From Bdellovibrionota bacterium (lineage in GTDB: Bacteria > Bdellovibrionota_C > UBA2361 > CALJRW01), in NCBI GenBank assembly GCA_041740355.1, contig JBGSMD010000048.1:23912-87911 (forward strand): a stretch of 64,000 bases of DNA, read 5' to 3'. Position 1 is the stretch's first letter. Every line of letters begins with the position of its first letter. The notes under the pieces were generated by a model that saw only the letters and a list, made by a program, of their open reading frames with translations, searched no databases and was not told where the DNA came from. Positions 1 through 15,000 of this stretch are shown in pieces. The translations under genes and the position numbers were made by a program.

Positions 1-2
1 AT

Positions 3-3000
3 ATTAATGATGGCGATACTGCTAATTTAGTACTTAGCGTTACAACGCAAGGAAATGAAGCTGGGCCAGTTAGTATCGTCTACACTGCGACACTTTCTAG
101 CATTAACAGTAAGTCTGTTCCAATTACTGTTCAAATTAATCCAGATGGTGGAACAGCAACTGCCAGTAGTGATTATTCCAATTTCTCAGGTCGAATAATC
201 ACAATATTACCTGGAAGTAACAGTGGAACTGTTAATGTTTCTGTTGCAGATGATAATTTCTTTGAAAGTACAGAAACAGTTACTGGAACACTATCAGCGG
301 TCTCCGATCCCGGTGTAACAATCACTGGCCCTTCAGCGACAGCCAATATCACTGATAACGATAATACTGCTGCTAGTGTTAACTCTCTTTTAACACTTAG
401 TGGTTTAGGTAGCGAAGCAGGTGCTACTACCATGACTTTGACAGTTTCCTTATCCAAGAAGAACTTTACCGGAAGTCCAATTGTTTTTGATTTGAGTCAA
501 ACCGCTGGAACAGCAACTGATGGTGCGGATTATACAGATTTAACAGGTGCAACTATCTCAGTTGCCAATGGATCAGACATTGGGACCTTCTCATTTAGTG
601 TGGTGGATGATGCCTTATTTGAAAATGATGAAACTTTTACCATTTCACTTTCCAATCCGAGTAATCCCGCAATTAATCTATTTTCTCCAAATGCATCTGG
701 GGTAATTGTTGATAATGATAATGTGACTGCTACAACTAATGCCGTATTAAGCGTTAATAATGGAACGGAGGGAGGATCTGATTTAATTTTCAACGTAACC
801 TTAAGTCAAACTAATAACACGGGCGTTCCAATCACATTTGAAATATATCGGAATGGTGGATCAGCTACTGTAACCACTGATTATAGCGATTATGCAGGAT
901 TAATTTCTGTACCGAATGGTTCAAATGTTGGAACTTTGAATGTTACTATTGTTGATGACGCTTTTTTTGAAAATTCGGAAACAGTAGCAGCTGGGATATA
1001 TAATCCTTCAGATCCAGCCATTCAAATTACAGTTCCAAAAGTTACTGGAAATATTATTGATAATGATAATGTTACTATTGGGGCTGATTTAACAGCAGAA
1101 GTGAATGGAAATGAAGCTGGGAGAGTAAGCATTGTTTATCGCGTAACTTTAACAAATGCTAATAATACAGGTAGCGATATTTTCTTTGACATTGATCCAA
1201 TCGGTGGAACAGCAACTCCAGGAATTGATTATGTAGATTTTACCGGTCGAACAATCCGAGTTGGAAGTGGTAGTAGCATTGGGGAAATTTCAGTTGAAGT
1301 TACCGATGACTCATTAATTGAAAATGATCAAACAGCAGAAGCTGTAATTACTAATAGTAGCGATCCGGCTGTAACTATTGGAACAGCAAACGCTACAGCT
1401 TCTATAATTGATAATGACAATAGTATTGGATCAATTACGGCAGACTTAGTTCGTTTAGTTGATGGACATGAGTCTGGACTGATTAATATAATCTATCAAG
1501 TTGAGCTATCAGAAGTTAACTATACTGACTCTGCTATAACTTTTAATATTGATCCGATTGGTGGGACTGGGACTGCTGGGGTAGATTATGTTGATTTTAC
1601 AGGGGCACAAATTGTTGTTCCCTCCGGATCTCGTTTTGGACAATTTACAGTTGCCGTGCTTAATGATCCCGATTTAACTAGCGATACCGTAGTTGCCCAA
1701 ATTTCTAGTCCTTCCGATACTAGTATCAATTTAGGTACTGATACAGCAACAGCTACTATTAACGATGATGATGCTCCAACTGGAACTTACAACGCTAGTA
1801 TTAGGGATGCTGTTATTCAAGGTAACGAAACTGGTGTTGTAAACGTTAGTTTTGTTGTTGAATTATCTGAACCTAACACTACTGGCTCTGCAATAACATT
1901 TGATATCAATCCATTAGTTGGTGGAACTGCAACTCTTACTTCCGATTATACCAACTTTACCGGTCAAACTGTAAGTATTCCCAACGGTGCTTCGCAAGCT
2001 ACATTTAATGTGACAGTCGTTAATGATACTCTTTATGAAAGTACGGAATCACTCTTTGCAGAAATTTCCAATCCAAGTTCAGGTGCAGTTACGATTATTG
2101 ACTCTGATGCAGTAGGGTATATTTATGACAATGATCAAATTCACTCTGCAGTAATTACTGGAACTGTTAATGGTGCTGAAGCTGGACTTGTCGCGATGGA
2201 GTACACAATCACTATTCCAGTCATTAATAACACTCAAAATCCAATCCAATTTAATATAGCTTCTGCCGGAGGTAGAGCATCTTCAGGAGTCGATTATGAT
2301 TCACTAGTTAGTAGTACTATTTCTATACCAGTTGGAGCCAATTCAGTTTCATTCACTGTTGATGTATTAGATGATCTTCTATTTGAGAATACTGAAAATG
2401 CTATAATTAGTATGTTGAATCCATCTGATCCTGGTATCTATTTGAACTTTGGAAATACCAGAGGTTCGGCTAGTATTATTGACAATGATAACATTGGAGT
2501 TAATGCTGTTTTAGATGTCCTCCAAGATGGTTCTGAAGCAGGACCGACAAGCATGATTTATCGTGTTACATTATCAGAGCCTAATAACACAGGTGGGACA
2601 ATATTTTTTGACATTGATCCGATTGGAGGGTCTGCTCTTCCAGGGGATGCGGTTGAAAATAATGACTATATTGATTTCACAGGATCTCGAATTGGTGTTC
2701 CAAGTGGATCAAGCACGGGAACATTCTCAGTTTCAATTTCCAATGATACTCGTTTTGAAAATATTGAGACGATTGAGACTGAAATTTCAAATCCAAGCGA
2801 TCCCGCCGCGGTATCAATTATTACTGCAGTTGCAACTGGAAATATTAACGATAACGATAATGCTCCAGCAGATGTTACAGCTTCGATATCAACCTTTGGA
2901 ATCGGAAATGAAGATGGACCGACATCTGTTACATTTTTAGTAACTCTTTCTAATATTAACTTTACTGACCAAGACGTAACATTTGATATTAATCCAACAG

Positions 3001-6000
3001 GTGGAACTGCGACTGTCGGAAGCGATTATGTTGATTTCTCTGCAATCCAAGTTGCAATTCCTTATGGACAAGACAGAGCTCTTTACACGATTACAGTCTT
3101 AGATGATGCGTTATTTGAAAATACGGAAACGATAGAAGCAACACTCAGCAATCCTTCTGATCCAGCAATTGATATTACCACAGCAACGGCAACAGGACTA
3201 TTATTAGATAACGATAACGTTACAAATACAATTAATGCAAATCTTTCTGTTACAACTCAAGGCGAAGAAAATCTAACTAATATTGTTTACACAGTAACCC
3301 TTGACGAAGTTAATGATACGCCATTCCCAATTGATTTCACGCTATATGTTGATGGTGGAACTGCTGTTGCTGGCACAGACTACACAAATTTTAACGGAGT
3401 AACGATTAGTGTTCCTGTTGGATCTAACCAAGGTACCTATACAGTTAATGTTACTAACGACTTATTATTTGAAAATTTAGAAACAGCTATTGCTGAACTT
3501 GCTAATCCTTCTGATGCTGCAATTGTAATTGGGACAGCAATTGCAACTGCAAATATTACTGATGACGATGTTACAGTTGCTAATATTGCAGTAACAACTA
3601 ATGGGGATGAAGATGGTCCAGTAGATTTAGTTTATACAATAAGCATTTCTAATACTAATGGTACTGGTAGTGATATCGAAATTGATGTTGATCCAGATGG
3701 TGGCACAGCTACAATTGGATCAGATTATACAACATTTGCGGGAAGTACTGTAATTATACCAGATGGAAGTAGCTCGGTAACACTAACAGTTCCAGTGCTT
3801 GATGATTCATTATTTGAAAACACAGAAACCGTAGGTGCTGAAATCTCAAACCTATCGCATCCAAGTTTAAGTTTAGCTACAGCAACAGCCACAGGAGACA
3901 TTCTTGATGATGAGAATGGAGTTGGTGCAGTAAATGCAGTTCTCTCGACAATTACTAACGGCACAGAATCAGGAACTCAAATTCGCTATCGTGTAACTTT
4001 AGCGACTATCAACAATACTGGCTCTCCAATTACTTTTGATATTGATCCAACTGCTGGAACAGCGATTGCTAATACTGATTACACAACGTTTGCGGGTGCT
4101 ACAATTACAGTTGCTAATGGTGCAAGTACTGGAGACTTATTAGTAACTGTTACTGATGATACTCTATTTGAAAATACCGAAACTGCCACAGCAACTATTA
4201 CTAACGCTAGTGATCCAGCAATTAATATTTCTACAGGCAGTGCCACAGCAAATATTATCGATAATGATAATACAGCTTCCAGCATTAGCGCAGTTCTTAC
4301 TACAACTCAGAACGGCAATGAAACCGGACCAGTTGATATAAGTTTATTGTTAACAATTGGGAAAATTAACAACACCGGAGCACCGATTGTTTTTACAATT
4401 ACTCCGAGTGGTGAAGCAGTTTCTGGAAGTGATTATACAGGATTAACAACGATCTCAATTCCAGATGGCTCAGATACGGGGACATTAATTTTAACTGTAG
4501 TTGATGATCTTTTATTTGAGAATGAAGAGGATGCAACTTTCACTGTAACTGCAGCCACAGATCCAGCGATCACTACAGGTTCAAATACAACGCCAACAAT
4601 TACAGATAACGATAATACTGCGACTAGTATCACAGCAAACTTATCTAAAACAACTGATGGTTTAGAAGGAACAACAAATATTGTCTTTACTGTTACTTTA
4701 GATAAGGTCAACAATACTCATGCACCAATCTTAATAGATATCGATCCAACAGGTGGAACAGCAATTGCTGGCACAGATTATACTAACTTTGCTGGTGCTC
4801 AGATTTCCATTCCTGATGGTTCAAGCAGTGGAACATATACTGTTATAGTTACCAACGACGCTCTATTTGAGAATACGGAAACAGTTCAAGCAACAATCAC
4901 GAATCCATATGATCCTGCTGTTACTTTAGGTACAACATTAGCCACAGCAGATATTGTTGATAGCTCACCACAAGCAACTATCACTGCAACTACTAGCGGT
5001 AATGAGACCGGACCAGTATCAATTGTTTATTCAGTTAACTTAGGCAAAACAAATGACACAGGAGCCACAATAACTTTTGATGTTGATCGTAATACTACTG
5101 AAGATGGATCTGCTGATGTAGGTACTGATTATACAAATTTTGATGGAACAACTGTAGATATTATTAATGGCGCCAGCTCTGCTACTGTTACAGTTCCCGT
5201 CGATGATGATGCTTTGTTTGAGAATAACGAAACAGTTATTGCAACTCTTTCCAATGTTACAGATCCACGCGTAACAATTGCAACAGCCAACGCTACAGGA
5301 ACAATTATTGATAATGATAATCCAACTAATGGAATTCCAATAAACTTAAGTGTTACTCAAGATGGTAATGAAACTGGCCCTGTGTCGATCATCTATACGG
5401 TTACATTAGGTACTGTAAACAATACTCATGCAGCTTTAGTTTATAATTTAAGAAGTACTGGTGGAAATGCCTCAGTTGGAACTGACTATACTGCACTAAA
5501 TACAACAACATCGACAATCACAATTCCAGATGGTTCAAATGTTGGAACATTAACTGTTCCAGTTACAAATGATGCCTTATTTGAAAATAATGAAACTGTT
5601 CAAGCAACCCTTACGAGACAAGCTGTCTTTGATCCCGCTGTCGCTATTGGAACTGGCGTGGCAACAGCAAATATTGTTGACAATGACAATGGCGCAACGA
5701 CTGTTAATGCCTCTTTAAGCACTGTTACTAATGGTACTGAAGCTGGAACTGCAATCCGCTACCGAGTAACTTTGGCCGTTGCTAACAACACGCACGCCCC
5801 AATTACTTTTGCAATTAACCCAACAAGTGGAACTGCTACTGCTGTTAGTGACTATACTTTTGGTACAACTACAATTACTGTCGCAGATGGCGCATCCACT
5901 GGGGACAAAACTGTTGCTACCGTAAATGATATACTTTTTGAAAATACAGAAACAGTTGTCTCTACAATTTCAACACCATCTGATCCAGCAATCAATATTG

Positions 6001-9000
6001 TAACTGCAAGTTCCAGTGCTAACATCACTGATAATGACTCGCCATCTGCTAGTATTGCAACAACAACTCAAGGGAATGAAACTGGTCCAGTGTCCATAGT
6101 TTATACTGTTAGTATTTCTAGGCAAAATGCTACAGGAGTTCCAATTACATTTAACGTAAATCCAACAGGTGGAAATGCTGATGCCACAGATGACTATACA
6201 AATTTTGCCGCAACAGTTGCCTCAATTGCGGATGGAGCATCTTCGACAACAGTAACGGTTCCAGTTGTAGATGATTCCTTATTTGAAAATACCGAAACAG
6301 TTCAAGCAACTATTTCTAGTCCAAGCAATGGTTCCGTGACCATTGGAACTGCTGCTGCGACTGCAAATATTACTGATAATGATAATCCTGTAAATGGAAT
6401 CAATATTGATCTTGCAGTAACTCAGGATGGTAATGAAACAGGTCCAGTAAATATTATCTATACAGCTACATTAGCAACTGTAAATAATACTCATCAACCA
6501 CTTATATATAATCTTTTCCGCAGTGGTGGCAACGCATCTATGGGAACAGATTATACTAACTTAGATGCAACAACTACCACGATTTCAATTCCTCATGGTT
6601 CAAATACTGGTACAAGAATAATTACCGTTGTAAATGATAGTCTGTTTGAAAATGATGAAACTGTTACCGCGACTATGAGTCGACAAGGTACTTTTGATCC
6701 TGCAGTTCGCATTAATACAGCTTCTGATACAGCTGATATTATTGATAATGATAACGGAGCGGGAACAGTCGATGCAGTGTTAGATGTTCAGACTCAAGGT
6801 ATTGAAGGAAGTGTCAACGTGGTATTCCGAGTAACTCTCGAGAATACAAATAACACCCATCTACCAATTAACTTTAATATAGATCCAAATGGTGGAACAG
6901 CAATTACTGGTACTGATTATACTACTTTTGCTGGTGGAACAATTACAGTTGCCGATGGTTCTAACACTGGGACTTTAACAGTTACATTAACTAACGATGC
7001 TCTATTTGAAAATCTAGAAACAATTATCGCCTTGATAACTAGTTCGATTGGTATTGACCCAGCTATTAACATATTAACTTCAGGTGCGACTGCCAATATT
7101 ACAGATAATGATACCACTACCGCAAATATTGCTGTTACAACTGATGGTGATGAAACTGGTCCGGTATCCGCTGTTTACACAATTAGTCTTACAAATGTTA
7201 ACGGAACAGGAGTTCCAATTACAATTGATGTAAATCCAAATGGTGGAACAGCAACGGTAGCTGGGCTTGATTACACTGATTTTACTGGAAGCACAGTTAG
7301 TATTGCTGATGGTGCAAGTAGCACAACTCTCACTGTTCCAGTAGCAGACGATCTATTACTTGAAAATGATGAAACAATAATTGCTAGAATCACTAATCCA
7401 AGTAATGGAGCTTTAACGATTGGAACTGCTAATGCTACAGCAGATTTAATTGATAATGATAATACGCCTGGAAGTGTCAATGCCGATCTAAGTGTAACCA
7501 CAAATGGAGTAGAAGGTGGGGCGAATATAGTTTACCGAGTGGATATTGGTGCAACAAATAATACACATGCCCCAATAAGTTTTACAATTAACCCAACAGG
7601 AGGTGATGCCACAGCAGGTTCTGACTATACAACATTTGCCAGTGGTACAATATCAGTACCTGATGGAGCAAACTTTGGAACACTAACAGTCAACGTTACA
7701 GATGATGCACTTTTTGAGAACTTAGAAGAAGTTGAAGCAACAATTACTAGCCCTAGTGATCCAGTAATAGATATTAATACTGCAAGTGCAACAGCCAGCA
7801 TCACTGATAATGATAATGGAATTACTGCTGTTGATGCCGACTTAAGTGTTACGACTCAAGGTGTCGAAGGAAGCATTAATATTGTTTACACAGTAACATT
7901 AGCTAATGCTAACAACACGGGAGTACCAATCACTTTTGCCTTTAATCCAACAGGTGGAACAGCAATTACCGGAACTGACTATACAGACTTTACTGGTGGA
8001 GTAATCTCAATTCCTAATGGATCAGCAACAGGCACATTCACCGTTGTTATTACAAATGATAATTTATTTGAAAATCTAGAAACAGTAATTGGTACAATTA
8101 GTGCTGCGTCTGATCCAGCAATTAATATTGTTACAGCAACTGCCACCGCAGATATTACGAATGACGACACTACAACTGCGAGTATTGTTGCTACAACAGA
8201 TGGGGATGAAGATGGGCCAATTTCAATTGTTTACACAGTAAGCATTTCGAACACTAACGGAACAGGTCAACCAATTACAATTGATGTTGATCCAAATGGA
8301 GGTAACGCCACAGTTACCAGTGACTTTGCTGATTTTGCAGGAACAACAGTTACAATTCCAGATGGTTCAAGCTCTGATACAGTAACAGTTGTAGTTGTTG
8401 ATGACGCAATCCTAGAACATTTAGAAACAGTAGAAGCTACAATCTCTAACTTAAGTGATGGAGATTTAAGCATTGCAACTGCAAGTGCCACAGCTGATAT
8501 CGTGGATAATGATGATGCCGTTGGTGCTGTCAATGCTGACTTAACTGTTACAACGCAAGGGGTAGAGGGTGGAACAAACATTGTTTATACAGTCACTCTT
8601 GCTAATGTTAATGGAACTCATAGTCCGATCACCTTTGATATTAATCCATCAGGTGGAACTGCTATCGATGGAACAGATTACACGACATTTATTAATGGAT
8701 TAGTTTCAATTGCTGATGGGGCAAGTACAGGCACATATACTGTATTTGTTACTAACGATACGCTATTTGAAAACTTAGAAACTCTGGAATCTACAATTAG
8801 TAATGTTTCAGATACTTCCGTTAATATTAATACAGCAAGTGCTACTGCAAATATCACTGATAATGATAACGCGGTTGGAAGTATTGACGCTGACTTATCT
8901 GTAACTACTCAAGGTGTCGAAGGAAGTATTAATGTTGTTTACACAGTAACTCTAGGAACAGTAAATAATACAGGTGGACCAATTACATTTGCCTTTAATC

Positions 9001-12000
9001 CATCAGGTGGAACAGCAATTGCTGGGACTGATTATACAGACTTTACTGGAGGAGTAATTACAATTCTAGATGGTGAAAGCACAGGAACATACACTGTAGT
9101 AATTACTGATGATAGTTTGTTTGAAGATTTGGAAACAATAATTGGTACAATTTCAGCGGCTTCCGATCCAGCGATAAATATAGCTACTGCTTCTGCCACA
9201 GCTGATATTAGTAACGATGACACAACTACTGCCAGCATCTCTGCCACAATAAATGGTAATGAAACCGGACCGATCTCAATTGTTTACACTGTAACGTTAA
9301 CAAATGAGAATGGAACAGGAACTGCAATTACCTTTGAAGTCAATCCGAATGGTGGAACCGCTATTGCCGGGATTGACTATACTGACTTTACTGCTGGTAG
9401 TGTAAGTATTGCCGATGGTGATACAACGGGAACACTAACAGTTCCAGTTGTTGACGATAATATTCTAGAAAATCTAGAAACAGCGATTGCTGAAATTTCT
9501 AATCCAAGTAACGGAGCAATCACAATTGCTACAGCTAGTGATACTGCGGATATCCTTGATAATGATAACGTAGCTGGCACTGTAGATGCTGATTTATCTG
9601 TAACGACTCAAGGTGTCGAAGGTGGATTTAATATCGTTTACACAATAACTCTTGCAAATCCAAATGGAACTGGCGCTCCTCTTACCTTTAGTATCAATCC
9701 AACAGGTGGAACAGCAACTATTACTGATGACTTTACTGACTTTACTGGAGGAACAATTAGCGTTGCAGATGGTGCAAGTACTGGAACATTCACGGTCTTT
9801 GTTGCCAACGATACATTATTTGAAAATTTAGAAACAGTTGAAGCTACTGTTAGTAGTCCATCAGATCCTGCTATTAATCTTAATACTCCAACAGCTACAG
9901 CTAATATTACAGATAATGATAACGTTGTCGGAAGTATTGATGCTGATCTAAGTGTCACAACGCAAGGTGTGGAAGGAAGTGTGAATGTTGTTTACACAGT
10001 AACATTAGGCACAGTTAATAATACTGGTGGACCAATTACTTTTGCATTTAACCCGACAGGTGGAACAGCAATAACTGGAACTGATTACACTGACTTTACT
10101 AATGGTGTAATAACAATTCTGGATGGGGAAAGTACAGGGACCTATACAGTAGTAATTACTGATGATAGTTTGTTTGAAAATCTAGAAACAATAATTGGTA
10201 CAATCACTGCAGCTTCTGATGCAGCTATTAATATTGTAACTGCTAGTGCTACAGCAGATATTACAAATGACGACACTACTACTGCTAGTATCGTTGCAAC
10301 TACAAATGGTGATGAAGATGGACCAGTATCAATTGTTTATACAGTAAGCATTTCTAATCCTAACGGTACAGGTCAACCAATTACAATTGATGTTGATCCA
10401 AGTGGAGGAAATGCTACAGCCGGTACTGATTATACTGATTTTGCCGGAGCTTCTGTCTCAATTGCCGACGGAGAAAGTTCCGATACGATAACGTTAGTTG
10501 TTGATGATGATGCCATTCTAGAACATTTGGAAACGGTTGAAGCAACAATTTCTAACTTAAGCGATGGAGATTTAAGTATTGCGACTGCCAGTGCTACTGC
10601 TGATATTCTAGACAATGATGACGCTGCAGGTTCTGTTGATGCCGATTTATCTGTTACAACTCAAGGTGTTGAAGGTGGAACAAACATTCTTTACACAGTA
10701 ACTCTTGCCAATGTTAACGGAACTCATACTCCAATTACATTTGATATTAATCCAACAGGTGGAACAGCAACTGATGGTTCTGATTATACGACATTTAGTA
10801 ATGGCCTAATTACAATTGCTGATGGTGCAAGCACTGGAACGTATACAGTATTTGTTACAGATGATTCACTGTTTGAAAATTTAGAGACATTAGAATCTAC
10901 TATTAGTAATGCTTCTGATGCATCAATTAATATTAATACAGCAAGTGCCACTGCCGATATTACCGATAATGATAATGGTGCTGGAACAATTAATGCCAGT
11001 TTAGCAATTACAACTAATGGTAGTGAAAATAATCTGGGAAGTGTAACTGATATTGTAGTTACACTAACTTTAGCAACAATTAACAATACTGGTGCTGATA
11101 TTACTTTTGACTTGGATTTAAATAATGGCACAGCTACTGCTTGGCAAGATTTTAATGTTAGTGGTGCCGGTTTTGCTACTGTTGTAGTTCCAAATGGATC
11201 AAACACTGCAACTATTATAATCCCAGTGATTGAAGATTCTAATAACGAAGGAACTGAAGACCTAGATGTAGTGATTTTTAATCCATCCGATACAGCGATC
11301 AATATAGTAACTGGCACAGTTACACCATTTATTGTTGATGATGAGGCTAATAATTGTGGATCTGGCACGCTTGATTTATTTGAACAATGTGATGACAGTA
11401 ATACTGATAATGCTGATGGCTGTGACAGCTTCTGCCAAATTGAAACTGGATACACTTGTGAAGGCGAACCAAGCGTTTGTCATGAAACTTGTGGTAATGG
11501 TGTTATTACTGGAAGAGAAACTTGTGATGATGGTAATGAAGTAGATGGAGATGGATGTTCTGATATCTGTCGCATTGAAACAGGCTTTAGTTGTTTTGGT
11601 GATACAAGTCTTTGTGCCAGCGGTTGTGGTAATGGAACAGTTGCTGGGTTGGAAGAATGTGACGATGCCGATAATGTCGATGGCGATGGCTGCTCAGCAA
11701 CATGTACACTAGAACCTGTTTGGTCATGTAGTGGCGCAGCACCAAGTATTTGTACTAATACTTGTGGAGATAGCACGCTTGATGCTGGTGAAGCTTGCGA
11801 CGATGGTAATGTCACCGAAGGTGATGGCTGTACGGCAAGTTGTGTAATTGAAACTGCCTATAGTTGTACAGGGACTCCTAGTACTTGTAGCTCAACTTGT
11901 GGCGATGCTGAAATTGCTTCTGATGAACAGTGTGATGATGGCAATACCACAACTGGAGATGGTTGTGATGCTAGTTGTTCAATTGAATCTACATTTACAT

Positions 12001-15000
12001 GTGTTGGTGTGCCTAGTATTTGTTTAGCAACATGCGGTAACAATATTATTACTGATGGCGAAGTTTGTGATGATGGAAATCTAGTTAATGGTGATGGCTG
12101 TTCTAATACTTGTGAAATTGAAATTGGATCAAGTTGTGTAGGGGAACCAAGTGCTTGTACAGCTACTTGTGGTGATAACACAGTTGACGTTGGTGAAGCT
12201 TGTGATGATGGAGATAATACTAACTTTGATGGTTGTAGTGAAGTTTGCCAAATTGAAATTGGTTATGAGTGTAACGGTAATCCAAGTGGCTGCTTAGCAA
12301 CTTGTGGTAACGGCACAATGGAAGGTGGCGAATCTTGTGATGATAAAAATTTCGTAAATGGTGATGGTTGTTCCGCAGCTTGCCGTGTTGAGGTTGGATT
12401 CTCTTGCTTAGGAGAACCTAGTACTTGTGATACAAGTTGTGGTGATGGAATTATTACAGGAACTGAAACATGCGATGATAGTAATGGCATCGGAGGCGAT
12501 GGTTGTTCCGCAACATGTCAGATTGAAGATACTTTTGCTTGTACTGGTGAGCCAAGTAGCTGTTTAGCAACATGTAGTAATGGAACAATTGATGCCGGTG
12601 AAGCTTGTGATGACGGTAATGCGACTAATGGCGATGGTTGCTCGGCAATTTGTGAAGTTGAAACAGGAGAAAGTTGTTTAAATACATCAGGTGAGCCAAG
12701 TCTTTGCTATACAGCATGTGGTAATGGAACGATTGATGCCTTTGAACAATGTGATGATAGTAACAATACTAGTGATGATGGTTGTTCTGCAAGTTGCCTA
12801 ATTGAGATCGGATATGTTTGTACTGGCACGCCAAGCGCATGTGTAGCAACTTGTGGAAATGGACATATTGCCTCACAAGAAGCTTGTGATGATGCTAACC
12901 AAGTAAGTGGAGACGGTTGTAGCAATGTCTGTCTAAACGAAGTTAATGCGACACTTAGCTTTGACCAAAATGGCACAGAAGCTGGACCAGATGCCGTGGA
13001 ATTCTTGGTCACGTTAGATACTGCAAATGCTACGGGCGCAAATCTCAATTTCTTGATTAAGGAAAATGGTGGAGTCGCTAGCACTGGGGTTGATTACACT
13101 GGATTTAATAATCAGATTGTAACTGTCGCCAGTGGAGCAACAACAGGAACATTATCTGTTCCGGTAATTGATGACCTATTATTTGAAAACTCAGAAAGTG
13201 TTGATGTCCTGCTTAAAGATACTTCACACCCAGCAGTTCTAATTGGTACGGATACTGCTACTGGTGATATTATTGATAATGATAATGTGATTACTGCCAC
13301 TCTTGCTGGAATCACGAATGGTAATGAAACTGGCCCAGTTAATGCTGTCTTCCAAGTAACATTATCAGCAATTAATAATACTGGCTCGCCAATAACATTT
13401 GTTTTAAATCCAAATGGAGGTACGGCAACATTAGGTGATGATTATGCTGATTTCACTGGAACGATAGTAACAATTCCAATTGGAAGTGATACTGCAACAT
13501 TCACTGTGATCATTAATAATGATGCTTTCTTAGAAGCCACTACGGAAACATTAATTGCTGCATTATCGACTTCTAGTGATTCAAGTGTGACAATTGGAAC
13601 TAGTACGGCCTCAATTACTATCAGTGATGATGAAGCCTTGTTAGATGATGATTTTGATACAATTCCTAACTATGTGGAATGTCCAACAGGTATTCCATGC
13701 GTGAATACAGATGGCGATCCAAATCCAAACTATTTAGATACAGATTCTGATAATGATGGTATTCTTGATGATCATGAAACTGTTACTGACACAGATGGTG
13801 ACAATATTCCTAACTACATTGATGAAGATTCTGATAATGATGGTATTAAGGATGAAAACGAAAAGGAAACAGATTTTGATGGAGACTTAATTCCAAATTA
13901 TCTTGATTTAGATTCTGATGGCGATTCAATTCCTGATGCCGAAGAAGGTGATAGCGATCAAGATGGTGATGGACAGCCAAATTATCTAGATCTTGATTCC
14001 GATAATGATGGAGTAACTGACACTCTAGAAAAAGGGAACACTAACGATGGTGATGGAATTCCTGATTATCTAGATATTGATGCTGATAACGATGGTATTA
14101 CTGACATTATTGAAGCTGGTGGTGTTGATACAGATCAAGACGGAACAGTTGATGGTTTTGTTGATGCTGACCAAGATGGATTGAGTGATAATATTGCAAT
14201 TACTTCATTAGCAATTCCTGATACCGATGGAGATGGATTACCTGATATGCTAGACATTGATGCTGATGGTGATGGAATTAATGATAATATTGAAGGACAA
14301 GTTAGCATTGGCTACATAGATCCTTCTGGACTTGATGCTAACAGTAATGGATTAGATGATGCTTACGATGCACTAGTTGGAGGCTTTTACATTATACCAG
14401 TAGATACTGATAGCGATGGCGATCCAGATTATCAAGATCTTGATTCCGATGGTGATGGATTAAGTGATTACATTGAAGCTTATGATTCTGATTATGACTT
14501 CATCGCCGATGTCCTACCACTTGGTGTTGATAGTGATAACGACGGGTTGGATGATGGATTTGATACCTTTGATCGATCACTTAGTACTAATTGGGTAGCT
14601 AACCTTCGTGGTTCTAACATCATTTTAAATGATTTGAACTTCGATGGGACTCCTGACTTCCGTGAATTCTGTTCAGGTAGTGATTGTGGTGGCTGTGAAG
14701 AAATATCACCAACTAAGAAAGTTAAGAAGAAAGCTAAGAATGCCAATAATGCAGCAAGTATTCTGCATAACCGAACAATTAGTTTTTCTCAGCGTGCCGA
14801 AGCCTGTGGCTCTCCAGACCTAAGTAAGTCAAGAGTTAAATCTAAGGAGCTTTTAGCACAGTTTAGGGATTTAGTTAATGCGAGCTTCAAAGATACTAAG
14901 CTAGATTGTGCACAGAATGATTGCCTAAATCAATCAAGTAAATCTGTAACTAATAAGCTAAATAGAATTGCTACGCGTTTATTTAAAATCGCTAAGAAAT

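Noticed and set aside
173-14746. Many short minus-strand and off-frame ORFs inside the adhesin
   Set aside because: They are shadows of the repetitive, codon-biased giant ORF and carry no independent motifs.
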